DNA of 63,781 nucleotides, filler included, from Octopus bimaculoides (taxonomy: Eukaryota), in assembly GCF_001194135.2 (NCBI RefSeq). It is 5 parts of 4 records of this genome, joined end to end, with 100 filler letters (N's around TTAATTAATTAA, not from the genome) between each part and the next. Parts side by side here need not be neighbours in the genome. Positions count along the whole stretch, not along the records: positions 42,246 to 56,646 come from NC_068996.1; positions 56,747 to 63,781 come from NC_068990.1; 3 more parts are not named here. The stretch is one strand, 5' to 3'. A program made the position numbers and the translations under genes. The notes beneath the pieces were generated by a model that saw only the letters and a list, made by a program, of their open reading frames with translations, did not search any database and had not been told where the DNA came from. Positions 51,060-63,747 of the stretch are shown in pieces (position 1 is the first letter of the stretch; each line of letters begins with the position of its first letter).

Positions 51060-51362
51060 TGATACACTGTGGTTAAGAAGACTCGTGAAACTGTAGTCAT
51101 GGCTATTGCCAGTGTCATGTAAATAGCACCTGTGAAATCATAGTTGTGGCCATTACTGGTGTCATGTAAATGGCACCTGTGCCAGTGGCACATAAAAAGC
51201 ACCCATTACACTCTTGGAGTGGTTGGTGTTAGGAAGGGCATCCAGCCATAGAAACCATACCAGATCAAACAGGAAAATGGTGCAGCTCCCCAGCTTACCA
51301 GTTTCAGTCAAAACATCCAACCCATGCCAGCATGGAAAGTGGACGTTAAATGATGATGATGA
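51060..51362 (+). mobile_element. 3' UTR/tail of RTE-type LINE
   Basis: gtggcacataaaaagcaccc resembles the UTR at 53990-54015; ends aggaagggcatccagcc...catggaaagtggacgttaaa(tga)n. Confidence 0.7.
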
Positions 51363-52909
51363 TCAAATTTGATTTTATTATGTGAAGTGCCTATATGTAT
51401 TTCGCTAGTGTGAAGTTAAGGTGCTGGTCTACTGACAAGTTCAAATCTTCAGTTAATTCCTATTACTCCTATTTATCTTAGAGGAATTTCTGAATGAAAG
51501 CCAGTTTGGGTACTTTCATGTTATGGAACCCTATGCACACATAGAATTATATCATCTGTTAACTTTTCTGTTATTTGTGATTTACTTGTTGTGTATGAGT
51601 TATGAGTATGGCGTTTATGACATCAAAATATCAACTGTTGACTACATATATATTGCACATCTTAAACATTAACCATAGTATTTATTTATTGAGAATATTA
51701 AGGCTGAAACTTGTCACAAGAACAGCTAGAGTATTCATGTCTTTAACCTTTATTTTGTTTTGGCATTTAGCTCTATTTTAAATATTTAATGAATATGTCT
51801 ATTCCTTCCCAATCCCTTTTTTTCATTTGTGTTGTACATTGTCTAGTTCATAGCTTCCTTACTATTTGTAAGTTTGTGCTAGGTCTAAGGCAAAACTGAC
51901 CTCAACGGGATTTGAACTAACTAAATAGTGCAAAGCATTTTGTCCAGAATCAATAATGATGGACAAAATACCCAGCAAAATTAATCACAGGCATTTATGT
52001 TCTGAATTCAGCTATACCTCACATTCTTCCAGAGCTGATAAAATGAAGCATCAGTCTACATGCTCCATTCATTACTAGGACTGTTTGCTTATGTTTTTGC
52101 TTTACTGACTTGTGGGCCTCAAGATAAACAGCTGCTATTATGTTGGCAATGCACCATGCTATTAGCCAAATCTTCAAAAAAAAAACAAAAAAAACAAAGA
52201 CATGCTTTCCTTTGGCAGGGAAGGTTGGATAGTCTTCCTCTAACTGGTGGGTACAGCGAAGGAAATTGTGGGGTGATTGTAATAAAAAAATTTGAAGACA
52301 GACTTTTTAGTTTCTGGCCAGCCTTCTACAAGTTTTTCAAGTGCCACTTGATGAGAAGTTGAGAGTGGAGAGAAGGGTTGTGTGTTTCAGTGAGTTTTAC
52401 AAAAAGGTGTGTGTGAGACTGATGAGTTTCAATGCAACATTCTGATTATACATTCCTTAACAGGAGGAAAGATAAATGAAAAATAATTGTTTTGATTCCT
52501 TGGAATACCTTGATAGTTGTTTTTGGGTGATTGTCCTACTTTAAGGACATTTTAAACAATTTGTGTTGCTGTGCACACGTTCAACCATTTATCATCATCA
52601 TCATCAGTGCAACCACCACCACCACTACTGCAACCCCTTCTAGAAAGTTACACTACTTTTACTGTTTTAGAGGTGATTTCTGAGTTTTTGGAGAACTATG
52701 GCCAGTTCTTGCTTATTTCTCATCACATCCCTCATAAATAATATCCTTGGAAAAGTTAATAAAACCACACCACTCGTTTTTTTTATTTTTTTTATTTTGC
52801 TCTCCGCTGTATTAGCACTTTCTGAGCATGTGTATAGAAAAGAAGAAAACAATAAGTTAGATTCATTACAGTTTACAATTATATATCTCCTTTCTTTTTT
52901 CCCTTTTAG

Positions 52910-53005
52910 GCAAAAGTGCTTTAAGCCAGCTTACACCACACATTAAACAACAGTTACAATATCAGCAAATTCAACGAAGAACTCTCCAAACACAGAAAGT
53001 TCCGA
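52910..53005 (+). CDS. Coding exon E (96 nt, phase 1-1)
   Basis: Long polypyrimidine acceptor ctcctttcttttttcccttttag; G+GC=Gly then KSALSQLTPHIKQQLQYQQIQRRTLQTQKVP+A; donor A|GTAAGT. Confidence 0.9.
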
Positions 53006-53224
53006 GTAAGTTGAGTTCACTTCATTATTTTATTTCTTAAACATGAAGCAGTGTTTACTGAATTTAACTAATTTAGATGGTCAACATTGATATTTTAAAT
53101 GGTTACCCCTGAGTATTGCTCTTTTAGTGTGTATGTGCTAACACACATACACACCAGGGTGAAGGGATATGTTTTTCTCCAGAAATTTAGTAATGTGTCT
53201 GAAATAGTGGGAGTCTTCTCTTGT

Positions 53225-53400
53225 ATTATTCTTGGTTCTTTACGTTCTGAATTCAAATCCTGCTGGGGGTCAACTTTGATTGTTCTGCTTTTGAGGTCAA
53301 TATACTGAAGTACCAGTTGAGTACTGAGGTCAATGTAATTGAATCTTCTGCTCCCTCTGCTCTTCACAATTGGTGGCCTTGTACCAAAACAGAAACAAAA
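53225..53400 (+). mobile_element. SINE family 1 copy with strong CpG decay (intronic)
   Basis: Colinear with 5009-5224 but gtcgac>gtcaac, gtcgat>gtcaat (twice), atcga>attga, ttcgg>tttga. Confidence 0.8.
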
Positions 53401-53534
53401 AGTAATAATACAACCAAGTCAGCAGTGGAGCTACTAGAATAGTAATGGGTTGGACAAAGTCCAGAGAGCTTCTACCTTGGCTGGTAACTAAAAGCCCCTC
53501 TCTCAAGAATGAAAGGCAGATTGTATGATGCCTG

Positions 53535-54015
53535 TTTGCAAACAGCCATGCTACATGACAGTGAAACATGGGCTGTAGCTATAGAGGACATGTGAAGGCT
53601 TGAAAGAAATGAAGCTAGTATGCTTTACTGGATGTGCAATGTCAGTGTGCATATACGACAGAGTGTAAGTGATTTGAGAGAAAAACTGGGTAGAATTAGC
53701 ATCAGATATGGTGTGCAAAAGAGAAGACTGTGCTAGTTTGGTCATGTGATGCGTATGGATGAAAACAGCTGTGTAAAGAAGTGCTCATCTAATAGTGGAG
53801 GCAACATGTGGAAGAGGTAGACCCAAGAAGGCATGGGATGAGGTGGTGAAGCATGATCTTTGGATGTTGGGCCTCATCAAGGTGATGACAAAGGATCAAG
53901 ACCTTTGATGATTTGCTGTGCTTCAGAAGATTTGTCAAGCTACGTAAAGTCATAGTCATGGACAGTGTCAGTGACAGGTAAAAAGTACCTGTGCTGGTGA
54001 CACATAAAAGCACCA
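53535..54015 (+). mobile_element. 5'-truncated RTE-type LINE 3' fragment (second family)
   Basis: Reads TAMLHDSETWAV...RLERNEASML...FGHVMRMDENSCVKKC...GRGRPKKAWDEVVKHDL with stops, followed by UTR shared with 51060-51362. Confidence 0.85.
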
Positions 54016-54376
54016 AGCTTAAAAATAAAGTAAGTTCTGGGGTCAATTTGTTCGACTAAAATTCTTCAAGGCTGTGCCCCAGGATAGCCACAGTCTAATG
54101 ACTGAAATAAGTGAAAGATAGAAAGATATATCAAACAATATATATTCTGGATATTAATTTAGGACATGTTGAAATATTTAGATATTAAAACTTTACAACT
54201 GATGCCTTTCTTTGCCAGAACCAAAATTGGTGGTCTCATATGGATTGTTATCGAAAGGATTAAATTGGTATTTGGAATGTAACTTTACAAATGATAGAAC
54301 TAGATATGATGGTTTCAGGTGGATTATGAAATGATTGGGAATTAATTAGTCATTAAAATAAAAAAAGTTTATTTAT

Positions 54377-54601
54377 TTAACCCTTTGGCATTCAAATTAC
54401 TCTCAAATGTAATTCTTATTTATTCACGTTGTTTTGAATTAATTATGCATTATCTTGAAGCTTCGGGATTTTGATGATGTGATTATTTATTTTTAGGATG
54501 ATATTGTAAGATAGGTGTGAGAGGCCAGAACTGGCCAGTTTGAACATAAAACAGGTAGAACATTTGGGCTGGATATGGCTGGTTTAAATGCTAAAAGGCT
54601 A
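54377..54601. mobile_element. piggyBac-type MITE
   Basis: TTAA-CCCTTTGGCATT left end and degenerate AATGCTAAAAGGCTA right end; body homologous to 45018-45245. Confidence 0.65.
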
Positions 54602-54730
54602 GAATATTTATCTGTTAGAATTGCGCATAAATTTAATAAATGTAATTGTTCCTTGTAAATTTACCTATATATTCACTGATTTTTTTTTCTTTCTTTCTAT
54701 TTCAAAAACATAAATACTTGCTGTGCACAG

Positions 54731-55557
54731 TTGCTGGTAAAGCTGCTCTTTCTCTTGGAACTACATCTGCACTACAGATCATTCCATCATCAAAATCTTT
54801 CACAGTTCACCAACTCAATCAGATGATTAAAGGTCAGCCTCTTATTACAACAACCCAACCAACCATTATTGCAGCTATGAACCAAGGACAATCAGCAGGT
54901 CCTCATATGGTTACTAAAGTTACATTACCAACAGGTTCAACAACTTCTCAGATACAGACAATTGCTGCTTCTCCAATTAATATAACACAGGGCTCTGCTG
55001 TAGTCACTGCCCTTCCTACTAGCACCCGAACTGTAAGCACCTTAGCTCAGAACACTCCTACTGTTGTAAAAACAACATTAGCACATGATACAGGGGTTCA
55101 GGTACATGCTGTACATACAACTCTAGCTCAAGCCACAAAGCTGACTACACTGTCTCCATCTGTGGTAACCCAGGCTCTGCAGTCATCTCAGATAAGTAAT
55201 CAGTCTCTACAGCAATTACAAATGACATTAGCTGGACACGTGCAGTCAAATGCTATTGTGGCTTCTACGCAACCGTCTGTCCTCTCTACTGCTGTTACAA
55301 TGACACCAACAACACAGACTATACACCACTCACCACTCACAGGAGCAGCTGTCGTCAGCAGCCAACCTGTACAGCAGCAACAACAGCAACAACAACCCCA
55401 ACAACAACAACCCCAACAACAACCACAGCAACAACAAACACAGACTCAACAACAAACTTCACAGACTCTACAACAGAATATCCTTTCACAACAGGCTCAA
55501 TCTTCTCAACAGCAACAGCCACAATCACAACAGCAGCAGCAACCACAGCAACAGCAG

Positions 55558-55592
<35 letters not shown>

Positions 55593-55644
55593 GCAGAAAT
55601 CATCTCACTATGCTATGAGAACACGCAATACACCAAAACATTAA
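54731..55644 (+). CDS. Terminal coding exon F ending KSSHYAMRTRNTPKH*
   Basis: Acceptor cttgctgtgcacag; A+TT=Ile then AGKAALSLGTTS...; about 300 codons open, T/Q/S/A/V-rich with a terminal polyQ of about 17; TAA at 55642-55644. Spliced A-F totals 1932 nt with no internal stop. Confidence 0.93.
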
Positions 55645-55652
55645 CATATTTT

Positions 55653-55839
55653 ATTAAAACAATTTGAATTGAAAAAGCAGGAATTTGCATGTGTTAGTTT
55701 GCAAATTAATGTGGATTTTAAGTTCATTAAATTTTGAATTTAGATTTCAAGAGGAAAATAAAAGACTGGTAAATAATTGTGTATGTGTATATGCATACTT
55801 ACATACATGCATACATATATATATTTGTATATATATATA

Positions 55840-55884
<45 letters not shown>

Positions 55885-55968
55885 CTTAATTGTTTGAGGT
55901 TTATATATTGTACATTTTCTTGTAATGTTGGTCTGTATATTTCATAGATTAAAATAGAGTTAAATAAA
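55653..55968 (+). promoter_or_regulatory. Candidate polyadenylation signals of the gene
   Basis: ATTAAA 55653-55658, AATAAA 55757-55762 and 55963-55968 downstream of the stop; hexamers are common in AT-rich DNA, so the site used is unknown. Confidence 0.3.
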
Positions 55969-56646
55969 CTCTGTGTGTGCTTGTATTTCATCAGTTCATG
56001 ACTGTATTTTAGGATTTTATGGTACACAATTTCAGTGACAATTTGCATCTTTTAAATTGCGTCTGGTTTATCTGAAGCCATGGTTTGCATGTTTGGCCAA
56101 GTGGAAAAGAAATTAGCTTCCGTAATGATAAGGTTCTGGGTTCACTCCTGTTTTCTTTTCAACATAGTCTCAGGTCAATCCAAGCCTCATTAGTGAAATT
56201 GGGGTTGACAGCAAACTGTATGGAAGGCCTGTAAGATGGATTTGTATCTGTAATTTAAAAAGTGCACCCTTCTCACACATGTGTCTGTGGAATTATTCGG
56301 CCATTTATACGTTAATACAATGAGCTTGTATTCACTTGAATGAACAGATGGATGTTCATTGTTGAAATCAATGGTCTAAGGATCCATCACCACTACATTT
56401 AGATAGGGGTGCGTGTGAGTGTGTCTGTTTTTAGCACATGGTCAATTGAGTCATTGATGGAAAACTCAAACTTGCAAAAAAGTTTTAAAAAATAAAATAA
56501 AATAAAAAATTTTAAACAAAAAAAACAAATGTTTATGCATATGAGAAGAGGTGTTAAACTGCCTTGAAAACATCTACACGAAAAAACAAAAGAAAGAAAG
56601 AAAACGTGGCCACTCAACTGAGTAGTAAAAGACTCAGTTATTAACA

Positions 56647-56746
56647 NNNNNNNNNNNNNNNNNNNNNNNNNNNNNNNNNNNNNNNNNNNNTTAATTAATT
56701 AANNNNNNNNNNNNNNNNNNNNNNNNNNNNNNNNNNNNNNNNNNNN
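56647..56746. other. Artificial scaffold join (44 N + TTAATTAATTAA + 44 N)
   Basis: Same structure; about 1 kb downstream of the stop codon. Confidence 0.92.
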
Positions 56747-56779
<33 letters not shown>

Positions 56780-59375
56780 CATTACGAATTTTGGTTTGCT
56801 TTCTTATTTCTTTAATATTTAGAATTATAATTTTACCATAAATATAATTTTGTTTTCAGAATATTTAACAAAATTTTCTTTAATGCAGTCATATTAGATT
56901 ACATTTAATTCGGTTATGGCCTTCAAATGACGAAAAGTTTTTTGCCCTTGAGTTATATCTTAAGATGTTCATCACTTACCTTTTTGAAAAATATTTGTTC
57001 TAAATTCAAATTCAGACCATCAATGTCTTAACACTGATTCGTCAATTAAGCTTCAATGGTTATATACTCTCAGTAGAAAATATCATATGTACATAAACAA
57101 CTCGTGCTAGAGTCTGGAAACTCCTCTTACATAGTTATCCTTATAACTATGATATATAAGAGTGTGCCTGAGTTGTTTGGAGACATATTTGGTAATTTAA
57201 TAAAACAAAATCAAGCTATCAAAAATTAAATGTACTTAAATAAAAAAAAAAAAAGAGATGCGCATGTATTCTTGAAAAGGTTTCTTATAAGTCTCTGTTC
57301 CAAGAGCGCATAGAACTTTAGGGTCATGTACTGTTTTCTGTAAACAGCACCAAATGTATTGATGCCATTATATGATGTGAGAATTGGTGGTTAGAATAGT
57401 TTACTTAATATTAACAAGACCATCGAACAGATTATGTGTGAACTTTGTATAGAAGACTCTTCCCACTTACCTTATACTTATTGCCTTTCTTCGTTCTCCT
57501 CCTCAGCCTGTACCATTCTTTCAGTGTTCTGTCTTGTTATATCGTGAAATGACTGACGAGGGTAGTGTATATATAGAAGATAAAGCATAAATAACGGTTA
57601 TTGTATATTTCTTTATAGTCATAAATTCGACTTAAAACTGTTTCCAGTAGTCATTATATGTTCGTTACTGACAGGTTATATATATGTATATATATATGTA
57701 TGTATATATATATATATATGTATATATNNNNNNNNNNNNNNNNNNNNNNNNNNNNNNNNNNNNNNNNNNNNNNNNNNNNNNNNNNNNNNNNNNNNNNNNN
57801 NNNNNNNNNNNNNNNNNNNNNNNNNNNNNNNNNNNNNNNNNNNNNNNNNNNNNNNNNNNNNNNNNNNNNNNNNNNNNNNNNNNNNNNNNNNNNNNNNNNN
57901 NNNNNNNNNNNNNNNNNNNNNNNNNNNNNNNNNNNNNNNNNNNNNNNNNNNNNNNNNNNNNNNNNNNNNNNNNNNNNNNNNNNNNNNNNNNNNNNNNNNN
58001 NNNNNNNNNNNNNNNNNNNNNNNNNNNNNNNNNNNNNNNNNNNNNNNNNNNNNNNNNNNNNNNNNNNNNNNNNNNNNNNNNNNNNNNNNNNNNNNNNNNN
58101 NNNNNNNNNNNNNNNNNNNNNNNNNNNNNNNNNNNNNNNNNNNNNNNNNNNNNNNNNNNNNNNNNNNNNNNNNNNNNNNNNNNNNNNNNNNNNNNNNNNN
58201 NNNNNNNNNNNNNNNNNNNNNNNNNNNNNNNNNNNNNNNNNNNNNNNNNNNNNNNNNNNNNNNNNNNNNNNNNNNNNNNNNNNNNNNNNNNNNNNNNNNN
58301 NNNNNNNNNNNNNNNNNNNNNNNNNNNNNNNNNNNNNNNNNNNNNNNNNNNNNNNNNNNNNNNNNNNNNNNNNNNNNNNNNNNNNNNNNNNNNNNNNNNN
58401 NNNNNNNNNNNNNNNNNNNNNNNNNNNNNNNNNNNNNNNNNNNNNNNNNNNNNNNNNNNNNNNNNTATATATATATTATGTGGTAAGGCTTCAACAAGTA
58501 GCGTACATACAAGCACAATTAGGGATCGATAGATTGATCAATCAATAGATGGATAGATAGATAAATAGATAAATTGATAGATTCATATATATATAGAAGG
58601 GGAAAGAGAGGCAGAGACAGACAGACAGACAGACAGATGATCAGTACTTATATAACCCTGAGAAAACATATCTCTGTTGCTTCCATTAATCGCAACCCGT
58701 TTTACTATCTCTTCCACACCAATCCTCCCTCTCTCACGATTGCCATACAATTTATTCTTCTCTCACTATTATCATCATCAGCTCTCATCCTTCCTTTCTT
58801 TCTCGCAGCAGCGCCACCACCCTTCTCCTCTTCTCTGATTACCTTCACCATTAGCCTCCAATCCAGAACTTAATACCATCTCTCTCTCTCTCACACACAC
58901 ACACACAAACACACACAACCACGCTTTCACCCCTACCCTCTTCCTTAGTGCAGCAACAAAGCAATATATAACCTATATCTTTGTGTATGTAATAAAGTAA
59001 CAACCCAGACATGTCATCACCCACCACCTGCCCACCCACCCACCTACCTACAGACCCCACTCTAACCTACCCTAAACATTTTAAATGTTTAACTCAATGA
59101 AACTAGACTCTTACAACATATTGATTGACTAACGTCTGCTATTTGTTTCTATTCATCATCAGCTTGCTACTCGTTGTAGTTGTTGTTGTTGCTGTTATTG
59201 TTATTGTTATTGTTATTACTGTTATTGATGTTGCAATAGTAGCGAAAAGAACTGGAGCAAAATAATAACAGGAATATTAATTATATAATATTCATACACA
59301 TACACACATCATACATACAAACGCGCATGCTCTCACACACGTACAGATATATGTGCATATGTATATATGGGTGTG

Positions 59376-59535
<160 letters not shown>

Positions 59536-59814
59536 CTTTGAGTAAGTTTTGACTGGGTCATCAAGTTTCGCTTTACAACTGAACCAAGCATTAGGTGAAA
59601 CATGAACTCAGCAGTCAAAACTAATTATTTAATAAAGTTGAATCTACTTTTGAGATTGAGTCCCTCCATCATCAATAAATGCTGCTGTATTATTCTTACA
59701 GTTATGTTAAGGTAGTTGCCCGACATGAACACACGCATGCGGTCGCACGTGTTTGTGCACATTGTACTACTACTACTACTACTGCTGCTGCTGCCAGTGT
59801 TAATAATTCTTTGT

Positions 59815-60770
59815 GTTATAGGCACAAGGCCTGAAATTTTGGGGGAGGGAGCCAGTCGATTAGATCAATCGCATTACGCAAATGGTAATTAATTTATCGA
59901 CCCCGAAGGGATGAAAGGTAAAAGCTGACCTCGACGGAATTAGAACTCAGAAACATGAAGACAGACGAATTACCGCTAAGCATTTCGGCCGGCGTGCTAA
60001 AGATTCTTGTTTCTTTATTGCCCACAAGGGGCTAAACATAGAGAGGAGAAACAAGGACAGACAAAAGGATTAAGCCGATTACATAGATCCAGTGCCTAAC
60101 TGGTACTTAATTTATCGACCCCGAAAGGATGAAAGGCAAAGTCGACCTCGGTGGAATTTGAACTCAAAACGTAACTACAGACGAAATACTGGTAAGTATT
60201 TCGCTCGGCGCCCTAACGTTTCTGCCAGCTCGCCGCCTTAAAAATTCTGCCAACTAAGATTCTACCTGCTAAAGATTCTGCCAACTCGCCGCCTTACTAG
60301 TGTTAATAATAACGGTGATCATAATTCTTTCTATTACAGGCACAAGGTCTGAAATTTTCGGGGGCGGTGAGTCGCTCGTATTGACCCCAGTGCTCGACTG
60401 GTACTTATTTCATCGTCCTCGAAAAGATGAAAAGCAAAGTTGACCTCGTAGGAATTTGAACTCAGAGCATAAAGACGGACGAAATACTGCTTAGCATTTT
60501 GTTCCATGTGATGGGCTATCGTTTCTGCCTGCCCACCGACTTGATAATGATAATAATAATTATTCTTTCTACAATAGGTATGAGGTCTGAAATTTCGTTG
60601 GAGTGGGATAGTCAATTACATCGACCTTAGTTATTTAACTGCTATCTATTTTATCGACCCTGAAAGAATGAAATGCAAAGTTGAGCTCGGAGCAATTTCA
60701 GCTGAGAACGTAAGGCCGGAAGAAATGCTGGTAAGTATTTTTCCGGCGTGGTAACGATGCTGGCGGACTG
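59815..60770 (-). mobile_element. Cluster of four SINE family 1 copies, one nested
   Basis: Copies at about 59815-60007(+60267-60296), 60008-60240 (tail type B), 60325-60535 and 60565-60770; 13-bp direct repeat tgctaaagattct at 59995-60007 and 60267-60279. Confidence 0.9.
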
Positions 60771-60804
60771 CCGTCTCAATGCTGATAATAATAAGTCATC
60801 ACCA

Positions 60805-60805
60805 C

Positions 60806-60874
<69 letters not shown>

Positions 60875-60988
60875 TATTGTTGTTGTTGTTATTATTATTG
60901 TTGTGATTGTCATTGTTGTTGTTGTTGCTGTTGTTGTTGTTGCTGTTGTTGTTGTCATTGTTGTTGTTGTTGCTACTGTTGTTATTAA

Positions 60989-61057
<69 letters not shown>

Positions 61058-61075
61058 NNNNNNNNNNATTATCAT
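60805..61075. repeat. Compound (TAT)n/(TGT)n array
   Basis: Read directly. Confidence 0.95.
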
Positions 61076-62119
61076 TTTTATTATAAACCTTAAGAGAGGA
61101 GACGAAACAAATCCTTATTTGGCTTGAATGGAAAGGAATGAGGTAAATTTGAAAGTAAGCCAAATGTCTGTCCCAATAATGACCAAAAGGCTGAAATAAT
61201 GGTTTTATAATCACTGCACACACATATTGTTCACTGAAATCGACATTCGGAACATAACATATGAGAGACATTGAAGTCATTCTAAGAAACAAGCCCCATC
61301 TCTTTCTTTTATTATTTTTTTTACTTTTTAATAATTATTTTGTTGAGGGATTAGCAACAATGGCCATAACCTTGGCAGATCTTCAAAAAAGCAAATGAAG
61401 ATGTTTGCATCAAGCATGAAATTCAGACGGTCGGTATTTGTGAGGGAATGTAGAAAGATAGAAAGTGAGTTGCAAGGGTTTCGATAAAACCTGTGAAGGA
61501 AAGACAATTTATTTATTACAAAATTTGATGAATTTTAGTGGATAAATGGGGCGACTAGATTGAGGTTGTAAGTGGAAGGAACAGAAACTGTTTCATGAAG
61601 AGTAGAAATTAAAAGGCAAGGCACACACCGTTTTATATATTATAGTTTCAAATGTTTGAGTAGTGCTGGATCTTATGTCAGTCTTGTAGAGGAACGTTTA
61701 GTTGTTCAATGAACTGAAAGCTTCTCTATATGACTGAAATTTATGTGCAAAGAGTTGAATGTTTGAAACAGGTGTACTCTAAATGCAGTTCTGAGTCCGA
61801 ATCTGTGTGACAAAATATGACAATGCTGGGCATTTTAATTAATGAAACAATGAAGTGTGAATAAAAATAGTGAAAGAAAAATCGACCCTAGGGGTAGATT
61901 GTATTTTATTTATTGATTATGTAATGATGAAAGCAAAGTTATCCTTCGTGGGTATTTAACTCAGATCAATGCGAGCTGGAATGAATAACATATGGAAATC
62001 CACTTATGATCTGCCATAGTGCCGTCTCTTAAAACTATACAAATTTCTAGGTAATAGTTACTCCTGTCTTGCTCAAGCTACGTACATTCCTTAAGGAAGT
62101 AGGTAGTTATATTTGAGGG

Positions 62120-62200
62120 AATATGCAAACAGAATACAACCAACAGGAAAACGCCGCACCACACAATAAACGCCGTTACAAAGAAGTCAAATGACAATTC
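62120..62200 (+). mobile_element. Possible Tc1/mariner transposase remnant
   Basis: Single motif QQENAAPH resembling QQDNAPPH; nothing else recognised. Confidence 0.3.
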
Positions 62201-63017
62201 TTGGAGATATGTTTGTACAAGTTGAGATGAAAATCATAGAAAACCGTCTAGACATTGTTTTTCGAAAACGACATGAATATTTCTTTTTCGATACATAACA
62301 TTTTCCAACACAGAAAGTGCTTCTGTTTTTCAGGAACAATTCACATCAAGAGCTGCTAAAGAAAACAGACGTAAAATTCTACGAACCCCTCATCTCTATA
62401 GTCTACATAGCACAGTTTTACTAGGAACGCCAACGTTTTTACCAGTACTCATTCGTGCGAATCTCCATCTTTCCTAGTAAATAACTAATTGATAAATAGT
62501 TTTCCATATAAAAAATCTTTTTATAATTGATATGTAAATGCCATAGTCATTTACAATCACCTAACCGCAGAAGCGTTCTCTCCAACGTAGAATTAGCCAG
62601 TCTAGACATGATGGCTTGCGAACAGTATAGATAAGCTTCTTCCTGTGGTAGATCGAAAATGGCTGAATAGAGAAATAGATAGAAATACAGAAAGGTTATA
62701 ATCTTGTCTCCATGTTAGTTGAAAAGCTAACAAAATAAACTGTTAACCAGTTAAGTAAAGACATTGCGATATTTAAGAAAGAATATCATTCTAGTTGTAA
62801 TTAATAAAGCATGTTCGACAAAGATGCAATGCTATTAACTTTAAATATTGCTAGAATATTTTCCTAAACTATTTGTTTTGTGTAAATAGTATTTGTGATA
62901 AGAACATAGTAATGATAAAAATAATTGCCAACTTTGACGTACATACATAGGTCGCTGTCAAAATAATCTTTCAGCTTATACGTTCCTGTTGCATTACTGG
63001 TATTTTATTTTATACAC

Positions 63018-63245
63018 ATTTCTTTATTGCCCACAGGGGGATAAACATACAGGGGACAAACAAGGCCAGACAAATTTAGTCGATTACATCGACTCCAATG
63101 CGTAACTGGTACTTAATTTTAGCGATCCCGAAAGGATGAAGAGCAAAGTCGACTTCGGCGGAATTTGAACTCAGAACGTAACGGCAGACGAAATACCGCT
63201 AAGCATTTCGCCCGGCGTGCTAACGATTCTGCCAACTCACCGCCA
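63018..63245 (-). mobile_element. SINE family 1 copy, tail type B
   Basis: Same head and core; 3' tail ...cccctgtgggcaataaagaa shared with 60008-60240; CpGs intact. Confidence 0.9.
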
Positions 63246-63404
63246 TGTTTATTTGATATACGTTACCTGATTTATAGGGAAAGAAGATAAAGTCAATATT
63301 GGTCCCAAGAACCAAAAGACGATCATGTGAATATTGCGATGCAGGTTATCCGGAACTTCTTAACTGAATAATGATAATGACGACGGCAATGGTGGTAAAA
63401 ATAA

Positions 63405-63515
<111 letters not shown>

Positions 63516-63747
63516 GTAGGTATAAAAAAAATATCAAACAAATACATGACAAAAACACCAGGACTTACAAGTATATATAATATACAGAAAAATTCACTAC
63601 TGGGCACTGCACACATCCTACGCAAAACACTTTCAATACAGTAACCATAAGAGCATCACAGCAAACCACAGCACATACCCAAGGCACACAGAGCTGCGCT
63701 CGGTAGTGAAGTGAAAGCACGTTATAAAAATAAAACTACTGAACAAC

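Noticed and set aside
54646-54730. N-terminal extension MFLVNLPIYSLIFFSFFLF of the 332-aa ORF as a signal peptide
   Set aside because: It is the intronic polypyrimidine tract before the acceptor at 54729-54730; the TTG start is not real.
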